Positions 35,964 to 45,442 are shown, numbered from the stretch's first letter. The stretch is 64,000 nucleotides of DNA from Alphaproteobacteria bacterium (GCA_016124335.1 WGNX01000005.1:411524-475523); one strand, 5' to 3'. Notes: a model not told the origin generated them from the letters alone. Made by a program: numbers and translations.

Positions 35964-36051
35964 GATACCTTTTTTAAGGCGTGATTTGGGAGTATGGAAG
36001 CGCCCGCGCTTAGCCGACTCGGGTGAGCCGGCGCGCGGACAGCGGGGAAAC

Positions 36052-36068
36052 CTGTAACAATTTTACAG
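36052..36068 (+). promoter_or_regulatory. Perfect 6-5-6 palindrome upstream of the FAD/methyltransferase fusion gene; candidate operator.
   Basis: CTGTAA-CAATT-TTACAG lies 42 nt upstream of the ATG at 36110, in an otherwise GC-rich 146-nt intergenic region. Confidence 0.3.
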
Positions 36069-36109
36069 CGGAAGATATCGGGCGCGATGCGTCCGGAACT
36101 GCACATCGC

Positions 36110-38152
36110 ATGATCGAAATCGGCATCGTCGGGGGTGGGCCGGGCGGCCTTATGGCTGCGCGGCTCCTGCACGCAAAGACCGCAGGCGCGGTCCACATCA
36201 CGATTCTGGAAGCGGATGCGCGCACGGGCGGCAAGCTCGTGACCGGCCGGTTTCCCGAAAGCGGCCTGCCCTATGCCGCCGGCGTGGCGGAGATCTACGA
36301 CTATGCCGCACTGGGGCCGGACCCGCTTGCCGAGCTTATCGCCGCGTGCGGGCTGACAAGCCGCGTCATCGGGTCGCGCACGTCCGTGATCGGCGGGCAC
36401 GTTTTGCCGAATCTCGATGCGGTCGAGCGGGCTTTCGGAAAGGCGACGCGCCGGGAAATCGAAGCTTTCCGGCGCCATTGCGCGAAGACGATTTCGCCGG
36501 CCGCCTACTACGAAGGCCGCGCCGATACGCCCGAGATGCGCGCGCTCGCGCGCGCCGACGCGCAGGCTTATCTCAACGAACATGTCCGTGACGATGCCGC
36601 GCGCCGGTTCCTGCGTGCGGCGGCGCTCAGCGACATCGCCGTGGCATGGCACAACACGAACGCGCTCAACGCGATCCGCAACGTGCTGATGGATGTCGAC
36701 GGCTATATCGAGCTGCGTTCGATCGACGGTGGCGTGTCGCGGCTTACCGACGCGCTTGCCGAAGACCTGCGCGCCAAAGGCGGGGTCGATATCCGTACCG
36801 GCACGCGCGCAACCCGGATCGGACGGACCGACGACGGGCGCTATCGTGTCGTCGCTGCCGGAGGCGAACAGACGATCGAGTGTCGTTTCGACGTGCTGAT
36901 CGTGGCGCTTCCGCTTTCCGCGTTGGCCCAGATCGAGTGGGATGGTGCGGCACTCGATTCGGCGATGGGCCGTCATATCGCCTATTTCGACAGGCCGGGC
37001 CATTACTTGCGCGTGTCGGTGCTGTTCGAGCGGCCGTTCTGGCGCGAGACGATCCGCGACGACTGGTGGATCAGCGACGCGTTTGGCGGTTGCTGCGTCT
37101 ACGACGAAAGTACGCGGTCGAACTGCGGGGAAGCGGGCGTACTGGGCTGGCTGATCGCCGGCAATGCCGCGCTGGAACTTGCCAATCTCGATGATGCCGC
37201 GATTGTCGCGCGCGTGCTCGCAAGCCTGCCGGCGGGATTGAGCGCCGGTGCGGCACTGCGGCGCGAGGCGGTCGTGCATCGGTGGCTTTCGTCGGTCAAT
37301 GCGGTTCCGGGTGGCGAAGCGGATCGCGAGCTGGTGGTCAACCACGTGCCGGAACCGGCCGGCCATCCCGGGCTGATCGCCGTCGGCGACTACATCTTCG
37401 ATTCCACGATCAATGCGGTTCTGGATTCGGCCGATGCGGCAACCGATCTTGCGCTGGATCCGATCGTGCGGCTGAGCCGGCCCGCACGTCCGGCCCGGCG
37501 GATCGGTGCGGCCCATTTCGCGAACTATCGCGGGCTGGGTCCGTACGAGCAGGTCTGGACGAAATTTCTCGATCCGAAAACGGCTACGCGCCTGATGCGG
37601 GCGGTCTGGCGGTTGCGCGGGCCGTTCAAACTGCTCGATGCGGGTTCCGCGTGCGGACTTGGCCTTGCCGGATTCCGCGCCGAAGGTCTCGACGCGCGCG
37701 GCATCGAGAAGAACCGCGCGATGCACGCGCGAACGGCGCCGGCTCTGGCGCGGCGCAACGTCCATGGCGACGTGTGCGACCTGCCGTTCGCCGACGGCGC
37801 CTTCGACATCGTTTACGAGACCTGCCTTGCGCATCTTGGTGACGAAGTCCTGCCCGACGCGCTTGCCGAATTGCGCCGGGTCGCCCGCCGGGGCGTCTTC
37901 TTTGGATCGGTGACGGCCGAGCTCGCCCTGCACAACGTCGAGCGCTACGAGTTGACCGACGCGGTCCCGCGCCTGCGTGGCTATTGGGAATGGATCGAGC
38001 ACTTCCGCGATGCCGGTTTTGCGCCTGCCCCGATCGACGGCGCTTTGTTGGCCCGGTTGTGGGAGACTGTCCTCGCGGCCGGCTACGGTCCCGACGTCTG
38101 GTTCGAGGATGCCGAATGCCTGCGTGACTGCTTCTTCACGCCTGTCGACTGA
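36110..38152 (+). CDS. Fusion protein: an N-terminal flavin-dependent amine-oxidase/desaturase-like domain and a C-terminal class I SAM-dependent methyltransferase domain.
   Basis: I trimmed the gene to MIEIGIVGGGPGGLMAARLL..., which carries the dinucleotide-binding GxGxxG motif. An amine-oxidase-type C-terminal FAD segment is present (GLIAVGDYIFDSTINAVLDSA). It is followed by Methyltransf_11-like motifs (LLDAGSACGLG, GDVCDLPFADGAFDIVY, LAELRRVARRGVFF). Confidence 0.75.
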   Translation: MIEIGIVGGGPGGLMAARLLHAKTAGAVHITILEADARTGGKLVTGRFPESGLPYAAGVAEIYDYAALGPDPLAELIAACGLTSRVIGSRTSVIGGHVLPNLDAVERAFGKATRREIEAFRRHCAKTISPAAYYEGRADTPEMRALARADAQAYLNEHVRDDAARRFLRAAALSDIAVAWHNTNALNAIRNVLMDVDGYIELRSIDGGVSRLTDALAEDLRAKGGVDIRTGTRATRIGRTDDGRYRVVAAGGEQTIECRFDVLIVALPLSALAQIEWDGAALDSAMGRHIAYFDRPGHYLRVSVLFERPFWRETIRDDWWISDAFGGCCVYDESTRSNCGEAGVLGWLIAGNAALELANLDDAAIVARVLASLPAGLSAGAALRREAVVHRWLSSVNAVPGGEADRELVVNHVPEPAGHPGLIAVGDYIFDSTINAVLDSADAATDLALDPIVRLSRPARPARRIGAAHFANYRGLGPYEQVWTKFLDPKTATRLMRAVWRLRGPFKLLDAGSACGLGLAGFRAEGLDARGIEKNRAMHARTAPALARRNVHGDVCDLPFADGAFDIVYETCLAHLGDEVLPDALAELRRVARRGVFFGSVTAELALHNVERYELTDAVPRLRGYWEWIEHFRDAGFAPAPIDGALLARLWETVLAAGYGPDVWFEDAECLRDCFFTPVD

Positions 38153-38161
38153 GCGAGCCGG

Positions 38162-40024
38162 ATGGACCGGAAGCCCGAAGAACCGGAAGACGACGACGAG
38201 TTCGACGATGTCGACGACGATTCGGACGAATCGGAGGACGACGAGTCAGATCCGAGCGAGGCCGAACGGCTGAATTTCACGTTCGCCGACGCGCGCGCGT
38301 CGATTGCGGCGTTCGGCCGGTTTCTCGCGCCCTATCTGCTGCGCCGGCCGCGTGCCTTGGCGCTTCTGGCGGCGTGTGTGGCTGTCGAGGCGGCGTTCAA
38401 CGTGGCGTTCCCGCTGTCGCTCAAATACCTCGTCGATTCGGTCTTCGACGAAGAACGATGGGAGTTGCTCGTCCTGATCCTCGCGGTGCTCGGCGGGCTT
38501 GGCGCGCTTGCCGCCGCGACGATGGTGGCCGGCGAGTGGCTCAACGCGCGCATCGGCGCCGAGGCGATGGCGCGCATGCGTCAGGACCTGTTCGACCGCA
38601 TCCAGCGTGTCAGCCTCGGCTATATCGACCGCACGCAATCCGGCCGCATCATGTCGCGGCTTTCGAACGATGTCGGCGCCATCGACGAGGTCGTGATGCA
38701 TGCGGTCGACTGGGGCGTGCTGCCGTTCGTCGAGCTGCTCGGTGCCGTGGCGCTTCTATTCTGGCTGTCGCCGATGATGGCCGTGATCTCGATGGCAGTA
38801 TTTCCGCTGACGCTGCTGGGGCCGCGGCTCGTGGCGCCGCGCGCCGTGGCGGCGGGTTATTCGCTCAAGCGGAGCCTGGCCGACGCGCTGGCGACGGCCG
38901 GCGAGGGGATCGCCGGGCAGAAGCTTGTCCGGGCGTTCGCGTTGCAGCGGCGCATCCGCCGCTGGTATGCCGGACGCAATCTCGAAGTCCGCCGCGCGGC
39001 TCGGCGCGTGCGATTCCTCGATGCGCTGCTCGAACGTTCCGCGTCGATCGGCGTTCTGATTCTCCATCTCGTCGTGTTCGGGATCGGCGCTGTCCTCACA
39101 TTCGAGGAGTACATCACCGTCGGCACATTCATCGCGTTCGAGGCGGTTTTCTGGGAGCTCAGCTACAACACCGTCCATGTCGCGCAATTCCTGCCCGAAG
39201 TCGTGGCCGGTGCGGCCGCATTGCGCCACATCGAAGAATTTCGTACGGCACCCGAAGCGCCGCGCGATGCTGCGGATGCCGCTGTACCTGCGCCGTTTCG
39301 AACCGAGATCCGGTTCGAGAACGTTTCGTTCGCATACGATGACGGGAATGGCGGCGTGCGCGACGTTTCACTTGTGATACCCGCCGGGTCCCGTGCGGCG
39401 ATCGTGGGCGAGAGCGGCTCGGGAAAGACCACCCTGCTGATGCTGCTTCTGGGCCTGCACAGGCCGAATGCGGGGCGGATCCTGATCGACGGCGCCGACA
39501 TGGCCATGCTCGACGGCGATGCGGTGCGCGCGATGATGGGCGTTGTATTCCAGGACACCATTCTGTTCGGCACCTCGATCCGCGAGAATATCCGTCTCGG
39601 CCGCCCGTCGGCGAGCGATACGGATATCGTCGCGGCGGCCAAGGGCGCCGGGGTCCATCGTTTCATCAAATCGTTGCCGCAGCGCTACGACACCTTGGTG
39701 GGCGAACGCGGCGACACGCTTTCGCAGGGCCAGCGGCAGCGCGTGGGGATCGCGCGCGCGATCATCCGCAATCCGGCGATCCTGCTGCTCGACGAGGCGA
39801 CTTCGGCGCTCGACACGCTGACGCGCAAGGAAATCCAGACGACGCTGGCCAAGGTCACGCGCGACCGGACCATCGTCAGCATCGCGCACGATCTCCAGTC
39901 GGTATCCGCGTACGACCGCATCTTCGTCATGTCGGAAGGCCGGCTCGTGCAAACGGGTACGCATGCCGAACTCGTCGCGATCGATGGTCCGTACCGGCGG
40001 CTTTGGCGCCAAAGCGCCGATTGA
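38162..40024 (+). CDS. ABC exporter (fused TMD-NBD half-transporter, MsbA/ABCB-like) with a polyacidic N-terminal extension.
   Basis: The 620-aa ORF has six predicted transmembrane helices and an NBD with Walker A (GESGSGKTT), a signature sequence (LSQGQRQRVGIARAI) and Walker B (LLLDEATSALD). The first ~40 aa are EEPEDDDEFDDVDDDSDESEDDESDPSEAE. The gene starts 10 nt after the fusion gene. Confidence 0.9.
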   Translation: MDRKPEEPEDDDEFDDVDDDSDESEDDESDPSEAERLNFTFADARASIAAFGRFLAPYLLRRPRALALLAACVAVEAAFNVAFPLSLKYLVDSVFDEERWELLVLILAVLGGLGALAAATMVAGEWLNARIGAEAMARMRQDLFDRIQRVSLGYIDRTQSGRIMSRLSNDVGAIDEVVMHAVDWGVLPFVELLGAVALLFWLSPMMAVISMAVFPLTLLGPRLVAPRAVAAGYSLKRSLADALATAGEGIAGQKLVRAFALQRRIRRWYAGRNLEVRRAARRVRFLDALLERSASIGVLILHLVVFGIGAVLTFEEYITVGTFIAFEAVFWELSYNTVHVAQFLPEVVAGAAALRHIEEFRTAPEAPRDAADAAVPAPFRTEIRFENVSFAYDDGNGGVRDVSLVIPAGSRAAIVGESGSGKTTLLMLLLGLHRPNAGRILIDGADMAMLDGDAVRAMMGVVFQDTILFGTSIRENIRLGRPSASDTDIVAAAKGAGVHRFIKSLPQRYDTLVGERGDTLSQGQRQRVGIARAIIRNPAILLLDEATSALDTLTRKEIQTTLAKVTRDRTIVSIAHDLQSVSAYDRIFVMSEGRLVQTGTHAELVAIDGPYRRLWRQSAD

Positions 40025-40086
40025 GGTCTGTCCCGCCTGTCGCGACCTGCTAGAATCGAAACGTCCTTCCAACATCGGAGCCCGCA

Positions 40087-40548
40087 ATGTCCGCCGCTGC
40101 CCGCACCCTGACCGCCGCATTCTTCGTCCTTGCCTCGATCCTCCTCGGCGCGCCCGCTTGGGCGGGTGACAATGCCGTTGCCGGCGGGCGCTTCACGATC
40201 TGGACCCCGGACCAGTGGGTCACGAAGGTAAAGGGCGATCGGCTCGACACCAACAATCCGCCCGAGACCGTCTACGTTGTCGCCACGCGACTTGCGGGTG
40301 CGTCCGCGTCGGCGACGGCGCGGGCCCGGGCGTTCATCGACAGCGAACTCGACGAGGTCGATTTTGAAGGCGACAGCCTGAACGGGACGGCGCAGGACGG
40401 CGACGACGAACTGGAATTTTTTGGTACGGCCGTCGTCGACGGGGCCGACGTGCTGGTGCTGCTCGTCTATGTCTACGACGAGATGCTGAAGCAACCGGGC
40501 CCGCGGCAGGCGGTCGAGCGTATCCGCGCGAGCTTCAAGCCGCAGTGA
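40087..40548 (+). CDS. Secreted protein of unknown function.
   Basis: The 153-aa ORF has a signal peptide (MSAAARTLTAAFFVLASILLGAPAWA). I recognised no family. Confidence 0.6.
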   Translation: MSAAARTLTAAFFVLASILLGAPAWAGDNAVAGGRFTIWTPDQWVTKVKGDRLDTNNPPETVYVVATRLAGASASATARARAFIDSELDEVDFEGDSLNGTAQDGDDELEFFGTAVVDGADVLVLLVYVYDEMLKQPGPRQAVERIRASFKPQ

Positions 40549-40616
40549 CGGCGGCTGCCAGACGCGTGTGATCTGCCCTATATTCGGTTGCGTATCTGCT
40601 CTCGAAAGGGGCGGGA

Positions 40617-41276
40617 ATGTCCGAAGACGGGATCATCGGCCAGATCAGGCAGAAGCTGGTCGACACCAAGCGGAAATGGGCCGGCGAGGGGCGCCTCCTG
40701 ACGGGTGCTGCCGCCGATCCGGCCGTGCGCCTGCCGCCGGGGCAGCGTCAGGTCCAGAACTGGCCGGTGCTCGATATCGGCATCCAGCCGCCGGTCACCA
40801 CGAAGGACTGGCGCCTGACCGTCGACGGGCTCGTCGAAAATCCCGCCGCGTGGAACTGGGACGATTTCAACCGCGAGCCGCACGCGGAATTCCTTTCCGA
40901 TATCCATTGCGTGACGGCATGGTCGCGCTTCGACAACCGGTGGTGCGGCCTTCCGGCGCGCCGGTTGATCAAGATCGTGCGGCCGAAAGCCGGGGTGAAG
41001 TTCGTCGTCCAGCATTCCTATGACGGCTACACGACGAATGTGCCGCTCGACTATTTCGCGGGCGAGGACGTCCTGCTCGCCCATACTTGGGAAGGCAAAC
41101 CGATCAGCCGCGAACATGGCGGGCCGGTACGGCTGATCCTGCCCAGGCTGTATCTCTGGAAAAGCGCCAAGTGGCTCACGCGCATCGAGTTCGTCGCCGA
41201 GGATCGCGCGGGCTTCTGGGAGGTGCGCGGCTATCACATGCGCGGTGATCCGTGGACGGAGGAACGCTATGGCTGA
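40617..41276 (+). CDS. Sulfite-oxidase-family molybdopterin oxidoreductase; catalytic domain only, with no signal peptide.
   Basis: The 219-aa ORF shows the layout of a Moco-binding domain of the SO/YedY fold: PPGQRQVQNWPVLDIG, DIHCVTAWSRFDNRW, GGPVRLILPRLYLWKSAKWL. Confidence 0.8.
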   Translation: MSEDGIIGQIRQKLVDTKRKWAGEGRLLTGAAADPAVRLPPGQRQVQNWPVLDIGIQPPVTTKDWRLTVDGLVENPAAWNWDDFNREPHAEFLSDIHCVTAWSRFDNRWCGLPARRLIKIVRPKAGVKFVVQHSYDGYTTNVPLDYFAGEDVLLAHTWEGKPISREHGGPVRLILPRLYLWKSAKWLTRIEFVAEDRAGFWEVRGYHMRGDPWTEERYG

Positions 41277-41901
41277 TTCGGGCATCGTACGTCTTCCGCG
41301 GCGTGCATTTGCGGTTGCCGCCTTTGCGGTGGCGATGGGTTCGTACTATTTCGGCCGCCTCACCGGGACGGCACTTGCCGGACCGATCGCGCCGACGAAA
41401 GGAAAGACGGGAATGCGCGCTTTCGATTTCGAGTTTACCGCGATCGACGGCACGCCGCTGCGCCTCAAGGATTTCGCGGGCAAGCCGCTTCTGGTCGTCA
41501 ATACGGCCTCGTTTTGCGGCTATACGCCCCAGTACGAGGGGCTCGAGGCGCTCTGGCGCGAATACAAGGACAAGGGGCTCGTGCTGATCGGCATTCCGTC
41601 GGACGATTTCGGCAATCAGGAGCCGGGCACGAATGCGCAGATCAAGCAGTTCTGCGAGGGTTTCGACGTGTCTTTCCCGCTTGCCGAGAAGAACGTCGTG
41701 GTCGGCGCCAAGGCGCATCCGTTCTACCGCTGGCTGGCTGCCGAGCTGGGCGAAGGATCGGTCCCGCGCTGGAACTTTTTCAAGTACCTGATCGGGCGCG
41801 ACGGCATGCCGCGCGCCGCATGGCCGTCGCGGGTCGAGCCGATGTCGGCCGAAATGCGCAAGGCGATCGACGAGGCGCTGGCGGCGCGCGCCGATGCCTG
41901 A
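41269..41901 (+). CDS. Glutathione peroxidase family protein (Cys type) with an N-terminal hydrophobic anchor or signal.
   Basis: Motifs VVNTASFCGYTPQY, LGIPSDDFGNQEPG and WNFFKYLIGRDG are present. The start at MADSG overlaps the Moco gene by 8 nt; the alternative start MRAF would remove the anchor. Confidence 0.85.
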   Translation: MADSGIVRLPRRAFAVAAFAVAMGSYYFGRLTGTALAGPIAPTKGKTGMRAFDFEFTAIDGTPLRLKDFAGKPLLVVNTASFCGYTPQYEGLEALWREYKDKGLVLIGIPSDDFGNQEPGTNAQIKQFCEGFDVSFPLAEKNVVVGAKAHPFYRWLAAELGEGSVPRWNFFKYLIGRDGMPRAAWPSRVEPMSAEMRKAIDEALAARADA

Positions 41902-43042
41902 ATTCGGCGCCGCGTGCCGCGGCGAGTTCCTGCTCGACCCGGCGATCGCTCATCTCAACCACGGTTCATTCGGCGCCACGCCGCGCGCGGTCATGGATGC
42001 GGCGGAAGGCTGGCGCCGGCGGATGGAGACCGATACGACCGGATTCGTGCGCGGCGTGTGGCCGGCTGCCGTCGCCGCCGCACGAAACGCACTTGCCGGA
42101 TTCGTGAATGCCGATCCGGATGGCTTCGTGCTCGTCGAGAACGCGACGCAAGGTGCCAACGCCGTGCTGCGCTCGCTCGAATTCGCGCCGGGCGACGAGA
42201 TTGTCTTCACCGCGCACGGCTATCGGGCGGTCACGCGTACGATCGAGCACGTGTGCCGCACGACGGGTGCGGTCCCGATCGTAGCCGAGATGCCTGCCGC
42301 GAAGATCGACGACGATTTCGTCCTCGAAACCGTCGGCCGCAGGATCGGCCCGCGCACGCGCCTGATCGTCGTCGACCACATCACCTCGCCGACGGCGCTG
42401 GTGCTGCCCGTCGCGCGGCTTGTGACGCTGGCGCGCGAGCGGGGCGTCCCGATCCTGATCGACGGCGCGCATGCGCCCGGCCAGATCGATCTCGATGTCG
42501 CGGCGCTCGATGCGGACTTCTATGTCGGCAATGCGCACAAATGGCTCTTTGCCTGCAAGGGAGCGGCGTTCCTGTCGGTTGCGCCACGCTGGCGCGCGCG
42601 CATCCATCCCGGCACGATCTCGCACGGGTACGGCAAGGGCCTTGCGGCGGAGTTCGACTGGGTCGGCACGCGCGACGTCGGCGCCTGGCTGTCGCTTCCC
42701 GATGCGCTTGCGTTTGGCCAACGTCATGGGTGGGCCGCGATTCGCGCGCACAACAATGCGCTCTGCGCACATGCGGCCTCGGTGTTGATGTCCGCCTACG
42801 GCATGTCGGCAAGCGGGCCAGCGCCGATGCGCGCGCATCTGGCCGCCGTTGCGCTGCCGCTCGAGGGGCCGGCGGACGAGCCGCGGGCGCTTGCGCTCTA
42901 CGACGCGTTGTTTGCCCGCCACCGCGTGCGTGCCCCCGTGATGGCGTTCGACGGGCGGCTTTGGGTGCGCGTTTCGGCGCAGATCTATAACGACAGGGGC
43001 CAGTACGAGCGGCTTGCTGCCGTCGACTGGAGCGCGCTCTAG
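41894..43042 (+). CDS. Class-V PLP-dependent enzyme (cysteine desulfurase / isopenicillin-N epimerase-like).
   Basis: The 382-aa ORF has LNHGSFGATP near the N-terminus and the PLP-lysine context FYVGNAHKWLFACKG. It overlaps the Gpx gene by 8 nt. Confidence 0.85.
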   Translation: MPEFGAACRGEFLLDPAIAHLNHGSFGATPRAVMDAAEGWRRRMETDTTGFVRGVWPAAVAAARNALAGFVNADPDGFVLVENATQGANAVLRSLEFAPGDEIVFTAHGYRAVTRTIEHVCRTTGAVPIVAEMPAAKIDDDFVLETVGRRIGPRTRLIVVDHITSPTALVLPVARLVTLARERGVPILIDGAHAPGQIDLDVAALDADFYVGNAHKWLFACKGAAFLSVAPRWRARIHPGTISHGYGKGLAAEFDWVGTRDVGAWLSLPDALAFGQRHGWAAIRAHNNALCAHAASVLMSAYGMSASGPAPMRAHLAAVALPLEGPADEPRALALYDALFARHRVRAPVMAFDGRLWVRVSAQIYNDRGQYERLAAVDWSAL

Positions 43043-43665
43043 CCGCGCTTCAGGGTTGCGGTCAACAGGCCCGCACCCACCAGCATTGCGCCGCCGGCAC
43101 GGTTGAGCCGACGCATCGCGCGTTCGCTCACCACACCATGCCGTGCGCGGCCGGCGGCAAGCACGTAGCCGCCCTGGATTGCGGTCGCGAGCACGTTGAA
43201 GGTCAGCGTAAGGGCCGCGACCTGACCAAAAAGGGGCCGCTCCGGATCGATGAACTGCGGCAGGAATGCCGTGAAAAAGAGGACGCCCTTCGGATTGAGC
43301 AGAGTCACCGCGAAGCTGCGCCAAATCGCGCTACAGGCGCTTGTCCCTCGCTCCGGGTCGGCCGAAACGGCTGCGGCGGGTGCGCGCCACAAGCCGATAC
43401 CGAGCCATACGAGATAGGCCGCTCCCGCCCATTTCAGAACCTCGAACGATGCGGCTGATGCCGAAAGCACCGCGCTGAAGCCGAGGACGGAAAGGCCGAT
43501 TGCACACATGTCGCCTGCGGCCACGCCGGCAAGGCTGACAAACCCGAGCGCACGGCCCCCGGCAAGCGTATGACCGAGCACGATCAAAGTCGTCGGTCCG
43601 GGGATCGCGATGAGAACGGCCGCGGCGGCCGTGAATGCAAGCCAGATATCAAGGTTGATCGGCAT
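43039..43665 (-). CDS. LysE/RhtB family amino-acid exporter.
   Basis: I trimmed the gene to [27 protein letters not shown]..., which has the typical IxPGP motif. [14 protein letters not shown] is also present. Confidence 0.85.
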   Translation of the reverse strand: MPINLDIWLAFTAAAAVLIAIPGPTTLIVLGHTLAGGRALGFVSLAGVAAGDMCAIGLSVLGFSAVLSASAASFEVLKWAGAAYLVWLGIGLWRAPAAAVSADPERGTSACSAIWRSFAVTLLNPKGVLFFTAFLPQFIDPERPLFGQVAALTLTFNVLATAIQGGYVLAAGRARHGVVSERAMRRLNRAGGAMLVGAGLLTATLKRG

Positions 43666-43780
43666 GGTGCCGACAAGGCAGCCACGGAATCGGGCAGGTG
43701 CGCAAGTCCCGCTTGCCGGAGCCGGCCGGCATGGGCGATTGTCCGGCCAACCAAGGGTCCGCAAGGGGAGCGACGTTCGT

Positions 43781-45316
43781 ATGCCCGGCCAATATCTGCT
43801 CGCAATCGATCAGGGAACCACGTCGACGCGTGCCATCGTGTTCGGCATCGACGGGGCGCCAGTGGCCTCCGCGCAAGTCGAGTTGAAGCAGTATTATCCC
43901 CAGCCGGGCTGGGTCGAGCACGATGCCGAGGAGATCTGGTCGGCGACGCTTTCGGTCGTGCGGCGGGCCCTGGCGAATGCGCGGCTGACGGCCGGTGACA
44001 TCGCCGCGCTCGGGATCACGAACCAGCGCGAGACGACGGTGATCTGGGACCGTGCGACCGGCAAGCCGATCCATCATGCCCTTGTCTGGCAGGACCGGCG
44101 CACGGCCGACTGGTGCCGGCGCATGCTGAAGGAGATCGGCGATGCCGAACTCGGCAAGCGCACGGGCCTGCTGTTCGACGCATATTTTTCAGGCTCGAAG
44201 ATCGCGTGGCTTCTCGAGAACGTCGAAGGCGCTCGTGCGGCTGCGGCGGCGGGCAGGCTTGCCTTCGGCACGATCGACACGTTTCTTCTCTGGCGGCTCA
44301 CCGGCGGCAAGGTCCACGCGACTGACGCGACGAACGCCGCGCGCACGATGATTTTCGATATCGGCCGGCAGAAATGGGACGAGGATCTGCTGAAGGCCTT
44401 CGAGATTCCCGTATCGCTCCTCCCCGACGTTCGCGACAGCGCGGCGGATTTCGGCTCGAGCGATGCCGCATTGTTCGGCGGCCCGATCGCGATCCGCGGC
44501 ATTGCCGGTGACCAGCAGGCGGCGACGGTCGGCCAGGCCTGCTTCACGCCGGGCATGGTCAAAAGTACTTACGGGACAGGCTGCTTCGTGCTCCTCAACA
44601 CCGGTGCCAAGTTCGTGCGCTCGAAGAACCGCCTGCTGTCGACCGTCGCCTACCGGCTCAAGGGCAAGGCGACCTACGCGCTCGAAGGTTCGATCTTCAT
44701 TTCCGGTGCCGTCGTGCAATGGGTGCGTGACGGGCTGAAGGCGGTTGCCAAAGCCAGCGACAGCGAGGCCATCGCGCGCTCCATTCCCGACAATGGCGGG
44801 GTCTATCTGGTGCCGGCCTTCACCGGGCTGGGCGCGCCGTGGTGGGATCCCGACGCGCGCGGCGCGATTTTCGGCCTGACGCGCGACTCCGGCCTGCCGC
44901 AGATCGTGCGCGCGGCGCTGGAATCGACCGCCTACCAGACACGCGACCTGATGGGCGCGATGCGCGCCGACATGGGGCCACGCGCGGCGCTGGCGAAGAT
45001 CCGCGTCGACGGCGGCATGGTCGCGAACGACTGGGTCATGCAGTTCCTCGCCGACCAGCTCGGCCTCGAAGTCGACCGGCCGCGCGTGACCGAAACGACC
45101 GCCTGGGGGGCGGCGGCACTGGCCGGATTGGGTGCAGGTGTATACAGCTCCGTCGACGACATCGCGCGTGCACGCCAAGCGGACCGGCTTTTTGCACCGC
45201 AAGGTGACGCCGCCGCGAACGATAAATTGTATGCAGCATGGCGGGACGCGGTGGCGCGCGTGCGCTCCGATTTCCGCGCGAAGACCCCGCCGAAGGGCTT
45301 GGGCCGAAAACGGTGA
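43781..45316 (+). CDS. glpK: Glycerol kinase.
   Basis: I trimmed the gene to [21 protein letters not shown].... Motifs [13 protein letters not shown] and GDQQAA are present, and the FGGY family similarity covers the full length. Confidence 0.9.
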   Translation: MPGQYLLAIDQGTTSTRAIVFGIDGAPVASAQVELKQYYPQPGWVEHDAEEIWSATLSVVRRALANARLTAGDIAALGITNQRETTVIWDRATGKPIHHALVWQDRRTADWCRRMLKEIGDAELGKRTGLLFDAYFSGSKIAWLLENVEGARAAAAAGRLAFGTIDTFLLWRLTGGKVHATDATNAARTMIFDIGRQKWDEDLLKAFEIPVSLLPDVRDSAADFGSSDAALFGGPIAIRGIAGDQQAATVGQACFTPGMVKSTYGTGCFVLLNTGAKFVRSKNRLLSTVAYRLKGKATYALEGSIFISGAVVQWVRDGLKAVAKASDSEAIARSIPDNGGVYLVPAFTGLGAPWWDPDARGAIFGLTRDSGLPQIVRAALESTAYQTRDLMGAMRADMGPRAALAKIRVDGGMVANDWVMQFLADQLGLEVDRPRVTETTAWGAAALAGLGAGVYSSVDDIARARQADRLFAPQGDAAANDKLYAAWRDAVARVRSDFRAKTPPKGLGRKR

Positions 45317-45339
45317 CGTGATAAAGCTTGGTCATAAAA

Positions 45340-45377
45340 GCTTCACACGACTGTCCCGGGCGGGACACGCGTGAAGC
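45340..45377 (+). other. Imperfect long hairpin between glpK and ugpB.
   Basis: In GCTTCACACGACTGTCCCG-GG-CGGGACACGCGTGAAGC, the outer stem GCTTCAC/GTGAAGC and the inner stem GTCCCG/CGGGAC pair around an internal bulge. No U-tract follows. Confidence 0.45.
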
Positions 45378-45442
45378 CTAAACGACGCGGCATCGGCGGA
45401 AATCCCGAACCGCCGCGCGAAATAAAGAGAGGAAGAAACCAG

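Noticed and set aside
35930-35985. A terminator after the NMT1-type ABC operon.
   Set aside because: The AGCGCC/GGCGCT stem is only 6 bp with a 12-nt loop, lies partly inside the coding sequence, and its T-run starts 8 nt after the stem. This is too weak to call.
41500-41530. A possible selenocysteine in the glutathione peroxidase.
   Set aside because: The active-site residue in NTASFCGYT is encoded by TGC (Cys), not an in-frame TGA, and no SECIS-like context is needed.
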